From assembly GCA_963715985.1 (NCBI GenBank), contig CAVQSP010000002.1, positions 1-42,752 on the forward strand: 42,752 nt of DNA, in the 5' to 3' direction. The notes below the pieces were generated by a model that was not told the DNA's origin, did no database searches, and was given only the letters and a program-made list of their open reading frames with translations. The translations under genes and the position numbers were made by a program. How positions within the stretch are numbered: the stretch's first letter is position 1; every line of letters begins with the position of its first letter. The DNA comes from an uncultured Thermoleophilia bacterium. Lineage in GTDB: Bacteria > Actinomycetota > Thermoleophilia > UBA2241. This document shows positions 1 to 9,298 of this stretch, piece after piece.

Positions 1-723
1 ACGACTGCGCGCCCTTCCGCTCGAGCTCCTCCACATCCCGCCGCACGTCGCGGGCGGCGAGGTCGCCGAACTGGAAGAGCTGCACGTAGCCGACCTTCTG
101 GCCGTTGGAGACCTCCATCTCGGTGCGCGTCTCCGGGATCTCGATCTGTCGGCGGACGAGGTCGTAGGACCTGACCGTCCCGCCGCCCTTGGGTTGGATG
201 CCGAGCTGGGACGTGGAGGCATCTTTGCCTTTGATGCGAGAGATGCTGGCGTCGACGGCCACGTCCTTGGTCGTCTTGCCGTCCCTCCACGGTAACGATG
301 ACGTCGCCGGGCTTCAAAGCCCGCCTGCTTCGCGGGGGAGCCCTCGAACACCGTGGTGATGATGAGGCCCTCCTTGCCCTTCTCCAGGGCGGCGCCGATG
401 CCGGAGAACCGGCCACTCAACCTCTCCCTGGCTGCCTTGGCCTCCTCGGGCGGCCAGTACACCGTGTACGGGTCGTCCAGCGACTTGAGCGTGCCGTCCA
501 CACCGGCCTTGCTCAGCTTGTCCACGTCGACCGCCTTGTAGTACCGGCCCTGCAGCTCCTCGATGATGCGCTGCTGCAAGCTCTCCGGCGGACTTGGCGG
601 CGTTGGCCTGCCCGGGGTTCAGTGGACGCTGTTCTCACCGTGCAGGTACCAGCCGACGAAGTAGCCGCCGAGGAACCCCAGGGCGACGACGAGGACGACG
701 ATGGAGGTACGGAGGGCGCGCAT
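1..723 (-). CDS. S41 family C-terminal processing protease (CtpA-like); 5' part only, runs off the window, contains apparent frameshifts
   Basis: Manual minus-strand translation gives an N-terminal TM segment (MRALRTSIVVLVVALGFLGGYFVG), then LKSLDDPYTVY, GRFSGIGAAL and PDZ-like VFEGSP...PGDVIVTV. It lies directly after ftsEX-M23, the usual synteny. Confidence 0.85.
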
Positions 724-771
724 CACCCGAGATGCGAGACGGTCGCAGGGCGGGCTTCAAACGCGAGGGCT

Positions 772-1938
772 TCAGGGCAGGTAGCCCATGGGGTCCACCG
801 GGTTGCCGTTGACGCGCACCTCGAAGTGGAGGTGCGGGCCGGTGGAGAACCCCGTGGAGCCCACGTAGCCGACCACCTGGCCGCGCCCACGTGCGCGCCG
901 GCGCCCACCGCCAGCGAGGACTGGTGGGCGTACAGCGTCGAGATGCCGTTGCCGTGGTCGATGATGATGACGTTGCCGTAGCCGCCCATCCAGGTGGCGT
1001 AGATCACGCTGCCGCTGTCGGCGGCGTGGATCGGCACGCCGTAGCCCACGGCGATGTCGATGCCGGTGTGGATCTTGCGGTAGTGCAGGATCGGATGGAT
1101 GCGCCAGCCGAACGGCGAACCAGGGGCCGCCGACCGGCCACGTCATGCTGCCGGTGCCGCCCCCGGCGCCGGAGGCGCCGGCGATGACGCCGGACAGGGC
1201 GTTGCTCTCGGCGAGCAGCTGGTTCTCCTGCTGCTCGAGCAGCGCGAGGTCTTGAGCGACGGCGGCCAGCTGGCCGTTCTTCTGCTTGCGCACGGACAGC
1301 GACGCAGCCCTCTGCGCGGCCTGGGCGGCGCGCAGCGCCGCCAGCTGGTCGCTCTGCTCCTGCAGGTCGGCGACGGCCTTGTGCACGCCGCGCTCCTTGT
1401 CGGCGACGGCCTTCTCCTCCGCGGCCACGTCGTCCCGCGTCTGCTTGAGGCCGCGACGGCTCGTCGTTGCCTATGAGGGCGCGCACCACGCTCACGCGGG
1501 TGATGAGGTCCTCGAAACTCGAGGAGGCCAGCACCACGTCCACGTAGCTGAGGTCGTCGGTCTTGTACGCGATGACGACACGCTCTTTGAAGTTTTCGCG
1601 CTCTATGACCAGCTTGGCCTGCGCCCGGCGCAGCTCCTGCCGCTTGAGCTGGAGCTGTTTCCGCAGGAGCTCGAGCTTGCCTCTGGTCACCGTGAGCTTC
1701 TGCTCCACGGCGCCGATCTGGTCGCCGATGCGCGCCAGCTCGTCGTCGATGGCGGAGAGCCTGCCGTCCAGCACGGCAATCTGGTCGCCGAGCGAGGCCT
1801 TGCGCTCCTTGGCGACCTTGATCTTCGCGCGCGTGCGGACGAGGTCGCTCTCGGCGCCGCCGCGGCCAGCACTGGCACGAGCCCGAGCGCTACCGCGGCG
1901 AGGGAGGCGACGATGATGAGCCTGCGAAGCATGGTCAT
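772..1938 (-). CDS. M23 family peptidase / EnvC-like murein hydrolase activator (signal peptide, coiled coil, LytM domain); split by apparent frameshifts
   Basis: Pieces in different frames: signal [18 protein letters not shown], coiled coil with [53 protein letters not shown]. Downstream of ftsX. Confidence 0.9.
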
Positions 1939-1996
1939 AGCACTCACAAGAGTTCTTCGGGCGGCGGCGCGAATCCTGTCGCCGCCGCGCTCCGGA

Positions 1997-2908
1997 TCAG
2001 GTCTTGAGGTACCGGCGCAGCGCCACGAGGCTGCCCACGGCACCGAGCAAGGCGCCGATGACGGCCAGCGTAGGCAGCAGGCCGAGCGGCCACGTGCCGC
2101 CTTGCCACCAGACTTGAAGGACGCGCAGGTTGAGGAAGTTGATCTGGGAGCTCTTGATCCAGCCGGCGATGCCCCAGTTGCCCACCCACACGAAGACGGC
2201 GGCGAGCACGGCCCCGACGAGGCCGGTGATGAAGCCCTCGAGCACGAACGGCCAGCGGATGAACCAGTTGGTGGCGCCCACGAGCCGCATGATCTCCACC
2301 TCGCGGCGGCGCGCGAAGATGGACAGCCGCACCGTGGTGCTGATGAGCAGGACCGCGGCGGCCGCGAAGATGATGGTCGTCACCCACATGCCCTTCTCGA
2401 TGAGGCCGATGGTGCCCAGCATCTTGCGCACCGTCTCCTTCGCGTACTTGACGCCGTTGTGGGTGCCGGGGTCGTTGTCCACTGTGGGGTCGTCGAAGAA
2501 CTTGCCCGCGACCGCGTCCACCTGGTCGGCGTCCTTGACCTGGATCTCATAGGAGGCCGGCAACGGGTTGATGGGCAGGTTGGCGACGATGCGTTCGCCG
2601 AAACGCTCGCGGAAGCGCCGCAGGGCTTCGTCCTTGGAGATGTACTTGTAGCTCTTGACCTCGGAGATGCCCTGGATCTTGCGCTCCAGCTGTTGCGTCT
2701 GCTGCGGCGTGGCCGTGTCCTTGATGAAGACCTCGATCATGACGCGGTTCTTGAGGCTGGTGGCGCCCTGGTTGAGATTGTCGCGGGTCACGAGCACCGC
2801 GCCGAAAATGGCCGTGCTGATGAACACGGTGATCACGGCCGCCATGGCCATGACCCAGTTGCGGCGCATGGACCCGAAGGCCTCGCCGAGGAAGAAACCG
2901 AAGCGCAC
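1997..2908 (-). CDS. ftsX: Cell division permease FtsX
   Basis: ISKDEAL and NPLPASYEIQV motifs, TVRLSIFARRREVEIMRLVGATNWFIRWPFVLEG, four TM segments; adjacent to ftsE. Confidence 0.96.
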   Translation of the reverse strand: MRFGFFLGEAFGSMRRNWVMAMAAVITVFISTAIFGAVLVTRDNLNQGATSLKNRVMIEVFIKDTATPQQTQQLERKIQGISEVKSYKYISKDEALRRFRERFGERIVANLPINPLPASYEIQVKDADQVDAVAGKFFDDPTVDNDPGTHNGVKYAKETVRKMLGTIGLIEKGMWVTTIIFAAAAVLLISTTVRLSIFARRREVEIMRLVGATNWFIRWPFVLEGFITGLVGAVLAAVFVWVGNWGIAGWIKSSQINFLNLRVLQVWWQGGTWPLGLLPTLAVIGALLGAVGSLVALRRYLKT

Positions 2909-2909
2909 G

Positions 2910-3617
2910 TCAGACTCCCACTTCTTCGGCGTCGGGGACCTGGTCGTAGCTGCCGCGGCGCTCGTCGCGCACCAGGCGGCCGCCCTCCAGCTGAAGCACG
3001 CGACGGCGCATGCGGTTCACCATGTCGCGGTCGTGCGTGGCGACCACCACCGTGGTGCCGGTGCGGTTGATGCGCACGAGCAGCTGCATGATGCCCACGG
3101 CCGTCTCGGGGTCGATGTTGCCCGTGGGCTCGTCGGCCATCAGCAGCGGGGGGTGATTGACGAAGGCGCGCGCCACGGAGACGCGCTGCTGTTCACCGCC
3201 GGAGATCTCGTGCGGGTAGCTGTCCACCTTGTCCGAGAGACCCACCAGGTTGAGGATCTCCGGCACCTTGCGGCGGATGGACCGGCGCGGCTCGCCCACC
3301 ACCTCGAGCGCGTAGGCGACGTTGTCGTGCACGGTCTTGTTGGGCAGGAGCTTGAAGTCCTGGAACACGCAGCCGATGTTGCGCCGCAACAGCGGCACCT
3401 TGCTGCTGCGCAGCGTGCCCAGATTGCGGCCGGCCACGAGGATGCGCCCCGAGTCGGGCCGCAGCTCCTTGAGCACCAGCTTGATGAGCGTGGATTTACC
3501 GGAGCCTGATGGTCCGACCAGGAACACGAACTCACCCTTGCCGATGTGACAGGTGAAGTCCTGAAGGCCGACCACGTCCGGGTCGTAGATCTTGGTGACG
3601 TCCTCGAAGACGATCAT
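2910..3617 (-). CDS. ftsE: Cell division ATP-binding protein FtsE
   Basis: Walker A GPSGSGKST, VFQDFKLL, ISGGEQQRV, ADEPTGN, VATHD; immediately upstream of ftsX. Confidence 0.96.
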   Translation of the reverse strand: MIVFEDVTKIYDPDVVGLQDFTCHIGKGEFVFLVGPSGSGKSTLIKLVLKELRPDSGRILVAGRNLGTLRSSKVPLLRRNIGCVFQDFKLLPNKTVHDNVAYALEVVGEPRRSIRRKVPEILNLVGLSDKVDSYPHEISGGEQQRVSVARAFVNHPPLLMADEPTGNIDPETAVGIMQLLVRINRTGTTVVVATHDRDMVNRMRRRVLQLEGGRLVRDERRGSYDQVPDAEEVGV

Positions 3618-3698
3618 CAGCGGCGTACTCCCTTGTCAGCCGTCTGAAGCCGAGCCCTGATTATGGGGGGGCGAGGGGAGTGGCTCAACCCGCGCCCC

Positions 3699-3890
3699 TC
3701 AGTCGCCGTCCACGAGGATGGCGCTCTGCGGGCAGTCCTCCGCCGCGGGGACGATGCAGTCCTCATGGCCGCTGACGTCCGTGGCCATGACCACGGCGGC
3801 GCCGTCGTCGCCGACCTCGAAGACGTCCGGGCAGGCCTCTGCGCAGGCGCCGTACCCGATACTGGCCTCGCGGTCGATGGTGACGTTCAG
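3699..3890 (-). CDS. Short monocluster-type ferredoxin, degenerate (possibly a pseudogene)
   Basis: LNVTIDREASIGYGACAEACPDVF...AAEDCPQSAI. The expected CxxCxxCxxxCP reads SxxYxxCxxxCP. Only CTG lies at the expected start behind a GGAGG RBS. Confidence 0.7.
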   Translation of the reverse strand: MNVTIDREASIGYGACAEACPDVFEVGDDGAAVVMATDVSGHEDCIVPAAEDCPQSAILVDGD

Positions 3891-4098
3891 CGCTGCAACC
3901 TCCGTACGTGGCGGGCGGCCCGGGGGCCGCGCCCGCGACCCTGCGGGACCGAGGCGCCACGGCACGTCGGCCGGCCGCAGCGCATGCGTGGCGCCGCCAT
4001 GCGGCGGCCCCCGACGGTGTTCGGCGCGGCCGGTGCGCTTCCTGCCGGGGGAGCGGACCATGGGGGGGCGGAGGTGGTACGGCGCGGGGTGTCCCAGG

Positions 4099-4199
4099 AA
4101 GGACCTGAGGCGGCCCGTGAACGGACCGCCTCAGTACTTCAGGACCGACCTGGGGTAAGCAAAGCCTGGCGAGTCAATGCTAAGAGGGAGGTCGGCCCC
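4099..4199 (-). ncRNA. Candidate small RNA of about 100 nt with two hairpins; family not recognised
   Basis: An 11-bp stem GGGGCCGACCU/AGGUCGGUCCU starts 7 nt after a -10 box and is followed by an up-to-14-bp GC-rich hairpin. G-U pairs work on the minus strand only. Confidence 0.5.
4105..4134 (-). terminator. GC-rich hairpin, putative terminator of the candidate sRNA
   Basis: Minus strand CTGAGGCGGTCCGT-TC-ACGGGCCGCCTCAG followed by GTCCTTCC; no long U-tract. Confidence 0.5.
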
Positions 4200-4205
4200 G
4201 CAGTC

Positions 4206-4235
4206 ATGGTACGTGGCCGTGACAGGCACGGACAA
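4206..4235 (-). promoter_or_regulatory. Putative housekeeping sigma promoter
   Basis: Minus strand TTGTCC-N18-TACCAT. Confidence 0.5.
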
Positions 4236-4339
4236 CAGAACAACCGTCTATGCGAAGGCACCGCGGGCCGTCTCCGGGCCGCTCACCGATGTACACCTGA
4301 TACGCTTGCTGAGCTCTGGACCCAACGCGGAGGAAGCGC

Positions 4340-4645
4340 ATGAACGTCGCGCTCATCGTCGTGCTCACCATCGTGGTGCTCGCCGTGGTCATTGGCCTCG
4401 GCCTGCTGATCTTCAAGCTGATGCGCCGGAGCCAGACCGTCGTGCCCGCCGAGGCGGACCGCAGCTCGGCACGCAAGGACCGCGTGGTGGCTGTGGACGA
4501 TCGTGGACGTGAGGTCACGGAGTCGGAGGACGCACCTTCAGGGCCCGAGCGTGACCAGTCGGCCTTCGACAAGGTCCTCGATGAGAGTCTCGAAGAGCTG
4601 CACCCCGAAGGCGGCGCCGAGCCGCCGGCCGGCGCCTCCGGCTGA
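4340..4645 (+). CDS. Small single-pass membrane protein with acidic tail, hypothetical
   Basis: GGAGG RBS, N-terminal hydrophobic helix followed by KLMRR, GC3-biased codons. Confidence 0.75.
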   Translation: MNVALIVVLTIVVLAVVIGLGLLIFKLMRRSQTVVPAEADRSSARKDRVVAVDDRGREVTESEDAPSGPERDQSAFDKVLDESLEELHPEGGAEPPAGASG

Positions 4646-4650
4646 GGCAC

Positions 4651-5925
4651 TCAGATGAAGCTCGCGAAGAGCACCGTGGAGCCCACCAGCATCGCGAGCA
4701 TCAGAGCCACCAGCAGCCAGCGCCGCACGGGCCGCGGCAAGAGCGCGGCGGCCGTGGCCATGAACAGCGGGAAGATGACGACGACGAACCTCGGCACGCT
4801 GTACAGGGGCCGAGCCTCCGTCGAATACAGCAGCGGAACGAGCAAGGCGGCCACGGCGTACAACGTGTAGGCCGCCGGCAGCCTGCGCCAGCAGGCCACG
4901 AGCATGGCGACCGCCACCGCGAACCCCGTGAACTCCAGGGCGTTCGCGATCGCGTCGCTTTGCAGCCCCCCGGAGGCGGTGTGCGTCCCGAGGATGGCGC
5001 TCGCGCCGTTCGTGGCCAGCCACCACAAGCCTCGTACCGTCTCCATGGCGCCCCGCCAGACCGCCGTGGTGGGCAGCGTGAGCTGGCGACCCCAGGCCAC
5101 CTGCACGCTTCCGAACAGCCAAGCGTTACGGAAGACGAGCCAGAGGAACGTCATGTAGACGGCGAGGCCTGCAGGCACGAGCAGCAGCCAGAGCCACGAC
5201 GCCGAGCCCGGACGCGCAGCGCCGGCCGGCGGCTCCGCCGGCACGAAGCGGCGCGGACCGCCCGGCAGGCGCACGGCAGCCCCCCGCCGCTGCTCCCACC
5301 ACAGGATGGCGAGCGGCAGGAGGATGACGAGCCCCGTGCTGCGCGTCAGCACGGCGAGGAAGCCCGCCAGGCAGGCCGGCGGCCAGCGCGAGCCCCGTGC
5401 CCACCAGAACGCGAGCAGCGTGAACAGCAGGAAGGGTGCCTCGCTGTACACGGCCTGGAAGAACAGCGCCGTAGGGAACACGGAGATGAACACGACGCTC
5501 CACAGGGCCACGCGCGGCCCGAGCTCGGCACGCGCCAGGATGAACAGCACGCCCATGGCCGCCGCGTAGCACGCCAGCGAGACGATGAGGCCGGCGACGA
5601 CGTAGTCGCCCACGCCGGCCGCCACCGCCCGCACGAGCAGCGGGTACAGGGGGAAGAACGCCTCGCTGTGCGGGTGGGCCTTGTAGCCGTCGGCGGCGAT
5701 GCGCACGAACCAGACGCCGTCCCAGTGCGCCCAGGGCGCGAGCAGGCGCCCCGCCAGGCCCTGCAGGGCCTCGGCGTGCATGGGGTCGCGCAGGTAGAGC
5801 GCCCGCACCTGCACACCGACCGTGCAGGTGGTCACGAACGCGACCACGGCCAGCAGCAGGCGCGAGCCGATGACCACGGCGACGGCCCGGCGGGCGGAGG
5901 CGGTCTGTCCGCGCGAGGCGGTCAC
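4651..5925 (-). CDS. GT-C mannosyltransferase, PIG-V/Mannosyl_trans2-like
   Basis: WDGVWFVRIAADGY, AFFPLYPLL, FFQAVYSEAPFLL, TRSTG and SVPRF motifs; multiple TM segments. Confidence 0.85.
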   Translation of the reverse strand: MTASRGQTASARRAVAVVIGSRLLLAVVAFVTTCTVGVQVRALYLRDPMHAEALQGLAGRLLAPWAHWDGVWFVRIAADGYKAHPHSEAFFPLYPLLVRAVAAGVGDYVVAGLIVSLACYAAAMGVLFILARAELGPRVALWSVVFISVFPTALFFQAVYSEAPFLLFTLLAFWWARGSRWPPACLAGFLAVLTRSTGLVILLPLAILWWEQRRGAAVRLPGGPRRFVPAEPPAGAARPGSASWLWLLLVPAGLAVYMTFLWLVFRNAWLFGSVQVAWGRQLTLPTTAVWRGAMETVRGLWWLATNGASAILGTHTASGGLQSDAIANALEFTGFAVAVAMLVACWRRLPAAYTLYAVAALLVPLLYSTEARPLYSVPRFVVVIFPLFMATAAALLPRPVRRWLLVALMLAMLVGSTVLFASFI

Positions 5926-5976
5926 GGTGCGGGGGCGGCGAGAAGCGCGGCGGCGGCCGGTCGGCCGTGGCCGTCG

Positions 5977-7950
5977 CTACCCGGCCGCTACCTCCCCCTG
6001 CAGCAGCCGTCGCCAGCCGAGAAGCACGCGGTGCGCCTGCTCCGCCCCGACGATGGGCTCCTCGGGGAAGGGCAGGTGCGCAGGATAGAGCAGGCAGGCG
6101 CGAGTCTGCGAGCCGCCCATGCCGCCGTGAAACGAGATGAGCTCTTCGAACGCGCAGCCCTCGTCGAGCTGCGCGTCGTAGAAGCTGTTGACCATGATGT
6201 CCGCGACATGGGTGAACCCGTCGCTGCGGCGCAGGTGCGCGGCGGCGTTGGCGGAGAAGCCGGCCAGGGGGTCCACGCCCACCACCCGGTCGTCACGCAG
6301 GTAGCGGGCCCCGTGGGCGCCGAGGACGACCGGCCCGTGCTCCGCCGAGTGCACGAGCAGCCAGCCCACGTGGGGGTGCTCGCGCAGCGCGGGGATGAGG
6401 CGCGGGTGCCGGGCATCCATCTCCTCCAGCGTCAGCCGCCGCGACTCCTCCATGAGGTAGACGAGCCCGAGGTTCCCCGATCCGAGCACGACGACCTCGT
6501 CTCCCGCCACGTCGCCTCTGCCCTGTTCGCGCGCCTTGGCGCCGGTGGCCTCGCGCAAGGCCACGGAGACGGCGGTGTCGTTCTCGTCGCCGGCGCGCAG
6601 CGGGGCCACGGCGCCACTCTCGATGGAGCGCCGCACGAGGTCGTCGAGGCCGTAGCCGTTGCGCTGCTTGAACGTGGCCCCCTGGGTCTGGCCGTGGTCG
6701 GAGAGCACGACGATCTCGTACGGGCGGGCGGCGTAGCGGCGCGCCCGGTCGAGGCGCCCGAACTGCTGGTCCAGCTTGCGCAGCACCTCGAGGGTGTCGG
6801 CGCGCTCCAGGCCGGAGTGGTGCGCCACCTCGTCGTAGCCGGCGAAGCACGCGTACACGGCCGGGCGCCCCTCCATCATGTCGGTGAGCACGCTGTACAC
6901 GGTGAGGTCGCGCACGGCCACGGCGAGCCCCGCGCGCAGGAACGGGTACGTGCCTCCCCGGTGTCCCCTCGGCCGGATGTCGCGGCGGATGCCGCGCACG
7001 GCCGCCACCCACTCCAGGATCACCTCCAGGAAGAAGAGCACCAGCGTGCGCGTGACGTTGAAGCCGTTGGCGAAGAAGGCCCGGTAGCCGGGGTTGGCCT
7101 TCTTCTCCGCCGAGAGGCGGCTGATGGTGAGGATCACCCGGTCGGCATCGCCCGACAGCAGGTTGCTGCGGCTGCAGCCGCCCCCGGCCAGGAGCCCGTG
7201 CCCCGAGGAGTGGCGCTGCTCGATGAGCGCGCAGTCGCCCGGGGCCGAACAGGTCATGAGGCGCCCCGTCTCCTTCTCCACCCAGCGGAACGCCGGGATG
7301 TCGTCGTTGGACCCGAGCAGGAGCCCGGACTGCGAGGCGCCGGTCTGGGAGGAGAGGTCGGTCTCCCACTCCGCGAGGCGGTGTGAACCCTCGGTCAGCC
7401 AGCGCGCCATGTGCGGGGCGTGACCATCACGCATGGCGCGCTGGAGCACAGGCACCGCGAGCCCGTCTATCTCGAGGTAGAGGATGCCCGGGACTGCGGT
7501 CACGGCGCGATCGTGAGAACGCCGCGCGATGCGCTGGATCACGCGCAACGTGTACGTGTCGTCGTCGTTGGTGCCGAGCAACACCTCGAGCACCACGGTG
7601 GCCGCGGCGATGACGATGGCGGCGACGAGCGCGGCGAGGAACGAGTCCACCTGGAACGCGTGGTCGGAGAGGTCCGAGGCCAGCTTGAGGATCCAGGCAT
7701 CGAGGACGAGGATGAAGACGAACCCCAGCGCCAGCATGTAGGGGAGGCGCAGGGCGGCGATGAGCGGCGGCAGCAGGGCGTTGAGGAGGGCGATCAGCGC
7801 GGATGCGATGAGCGCTCCACCCACACCCTGGATGTGCACCCCGGGCACGAGCAGCGCGGCCACCCACACGGCCAAGGCGGCCGTGACCCAGGCGACCACG
7901 AGCCGGCCGAGCCGCACGCGCGGCCGGGCCGGCTCCCACCCCGGAACCAT
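5977..7950 (-). CDS. 4-TM phage-holin-family domain fused to an alkaline phosphatase / nucleotide pyrophosphatase-phosphodiesterase domain
   Basis: N-terminal ALLNALLPPL...LGFVFILVLDA holin-IV-like region; EIDGLA, SSQTGASQ, YDEVAHHSG, LSDHGQ, SFHGG metal-site motifs. Confidence 0.85.
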   Translation of the reverse strand: MVPGWEPARPRVRLGRLVVAWVTAALAVWVAALLVPGVHIQGVGGALIASALIALLNALLPPLIAALRLPYMLALGFVFILVLDAWILKLASDLSDHAFQVDSFLAALVAAIVIAAATVVLEVLLGTNDDDTYTLRVIQRIARRSHDRAVTAVPGILYLEIDGLAVPVLQRAMRDGHAPHMARWLTEGSHRLAEWETDLSSQTGASQSGLLLGSNDDIPAFRWVEKETGRLMTCSAPGDCALIEQRHSSGHGLLAGGGCSRSNLLSGDADRVILTISRLSAEKKANPGYRAFFANGFNVTRTLVLFFLEVILEWVAAVRGIRRDIRPRGHRGGTYPFLRAGLAVAVRDLTVYSVLTDMMEGRPAVYACFAGYDEVAHHSGLERADTLEVLRKLDQQFGRLDRARRYAARPYEIVVLSDHGQTQGATFKQRNGYGLDDLVRRSIESGAVAPLRAGDENDTAVSVALREATGAKAREQGRGDVAGDEVVVLGSGNLGLVYLMEESRRLTLEEMDARHPRLIPALREHPHVGWLLVHSAEHGPVVLGAHGARYLRDDRVVGVDPLAGFSANAAAHLRRSDGFTHVADIMVNSFYDAQLDEGCAFEELISFHGGMGGSQTRACLLYPAHLPFPEEPIVGAEQAHRVLLGWRRLLQGEVAAG

Positions 7951-8126
7951 CCCGTACTCGTGTCCCCCCGCGTGACTCAGCTTCGCTCCCGTCGCGGCCC
8001 CACTGCATCGGCGCCTCGCATTCTATCGGGCCGGCCGTCGCGGTGCGGGCGACTCGACCGGGCGGGCGATGAGGTGACCGGGTGCGATGCCCTGGAATCC
8101 TCTCCTGTGCATGACCGGTTCCAGGA

Positions 8127-8260
8127 TGACGACGGCCGAGCAGCACGCGTCGGATGCCCTCGTGCTGGGCTCCCTCGGGCACGGCTCCTTCTCCGAGCCC
8201 CTGCTCGGCAGCGTCGCGCACGGGGTGCTTCAGCCGGCCAAGTTCACCGTGGTCATGGGC
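8127..8260 (+). pseudogene. Universal stress protein C-terminal remnant
   Basis: AEQHASDALVLGSLGHGSFSEPLLGSVAHGVLQPAKFTVV matches the USP G-x2-G-x9-GSV motif; no N-terminal half found. Confidence 0.65.
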
Positions 8261-8338
8261 CGCCGAGCCCGCCGCGCGAGACGCGCTGCGACTGCCGGCG
8301 GCGCGGGTGACCGCGCCGCCGGCTTCACGACTGGGCCG

Positions 8339-9190
8339 TCACGAGGACGCGGCGCGCCGTACCCAGGCCTGTGTGGCGTCCACCTGGTTGAAGGTGAAGA
8401 GGTGGACGCCGCGGATGCCGAGGTCCGGGCGCTCCAGCCGCGCGGCCACGGACCGCGCCAGCGGCTCCGGGTCGAAGCGCCGGCTGCGCATGAGCGTGGC
8501 GACCTGGCGGCCGTGCTTGACGAGGTACCGCACGGAGGCGCCGACGCCGGTCTGCAGCGAGACCTCGGCGAGCTTGCGCCGGTCGACGACGCCGGGCATG
8601 CCGACGAACACGGGCAGGCGCACGCCGGCCGCGCGCATCTCCTCGATCCACTGTTCCAGCACCGCGGCGTCGAAGCAGATCTGCGTGGCCACGTAGTCCG
8701 CGTGCTCCTGCTTGCGCAGCAGCGCTTCCCGCAGGGCGTCCGCGGCGATCTGCGGGTGACCCTCGGGGTAGCCGCCCACACCGACGCGCCTGAACGGATG
8801 CTGCAGCGCGGCCAGGGCCTCCAGGAGGGAGGCGGCGTCGAAGAAGTCGCCGGCCGGCGGCGAGGCGTCGCCGCCCACCACGAAGACCTCGGACACTCCG
8901 GCCGCGGCGAGCCGCTCCACCGCTCCCGCCAGCTCGCTCGTATCCCTGATCATGCGAGCGGACAGGTGGGGCACGACATGGAAGCCTGCGGCGGCGAGAC
9001 GCTCGCTCACCTCCACGGTGCGCCCGATGCCGTGGCTCGGCGAGGCGATCACCGTGACCGTGGACCCGGGCGCGAGCACCGCCACCTTCTCCTCGATCCC
9101 TCGCACGGGTATCACTTCATACCTCGGCGCCTCCAGGAGTCGCCCGAGCGGCGACGCGTGCAGTGCGCCGATTGCGCTGACGCTGGCCAT
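8339..9190 (-). CDS. metF: Methylenetetrahydrofolate reductase
   Basis: VPHLSAR, FVVGGD, GGYPEGHP, ATQICFD, HLFTFNQ; GGAGG RBS before ATG at 9190. Confidence 0.88.
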   Translation of the reverse strand: MASVSAIGALHASPLGRLLEAPRYEVIPVRGIEEKVAVLAPGSTVTVIASPSHGIGRTVEVSERLAAAGFHVVPHLSARMIRDTSELAGAVERLAAAGVSEVFVVGGDASPPAGDFFDAASLLEALAALQHPFRRVGVGGYPEGHPQIAADALREALLRKQEHADYVATQICFDAAVLEQWIEEMRAAGVRLPVFVGMPGVVDRRKLAEVSLQTGVGASVRYLVKHGRQVATLMRSRRFDPEPLARSVAARLERPDLGIRGVHLFTFNQVDATQAWVRRAASS

Positions 9191-9298
9191 TCTGACCTCC
9201 GGACCGTCAAAACAGGATAAGTTCTGTCCTGAATATACCCGGCCTCTACACATCGGCGGCCATGCGAGGCTCTGCTGTACGATAGCCGCCCGCGACCA

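Noticed and set aside
4960-7386. Long opposite-strand ORFs (e.g. 4960-7386, 13189-15102, 22735-24777, 34692-36083)
   Set aside because: Shadow ORFs expected in high-GC DNA opposite well-supported genes; they show no recognisable motifs.
5977-7950. Holin as evidence of a prophage
   Set aside because: The domain is fused to a phosphodiesterase, a known chromosomal architecture, and there are no phage structural, lysin or integrase genes.
8060-8130. Fluoride riboswitch (GGCGATGAGG start)
   Set aside because: No complementary TCGCC arm or downstream pseudoknot partner, and no fluoride-related gene.
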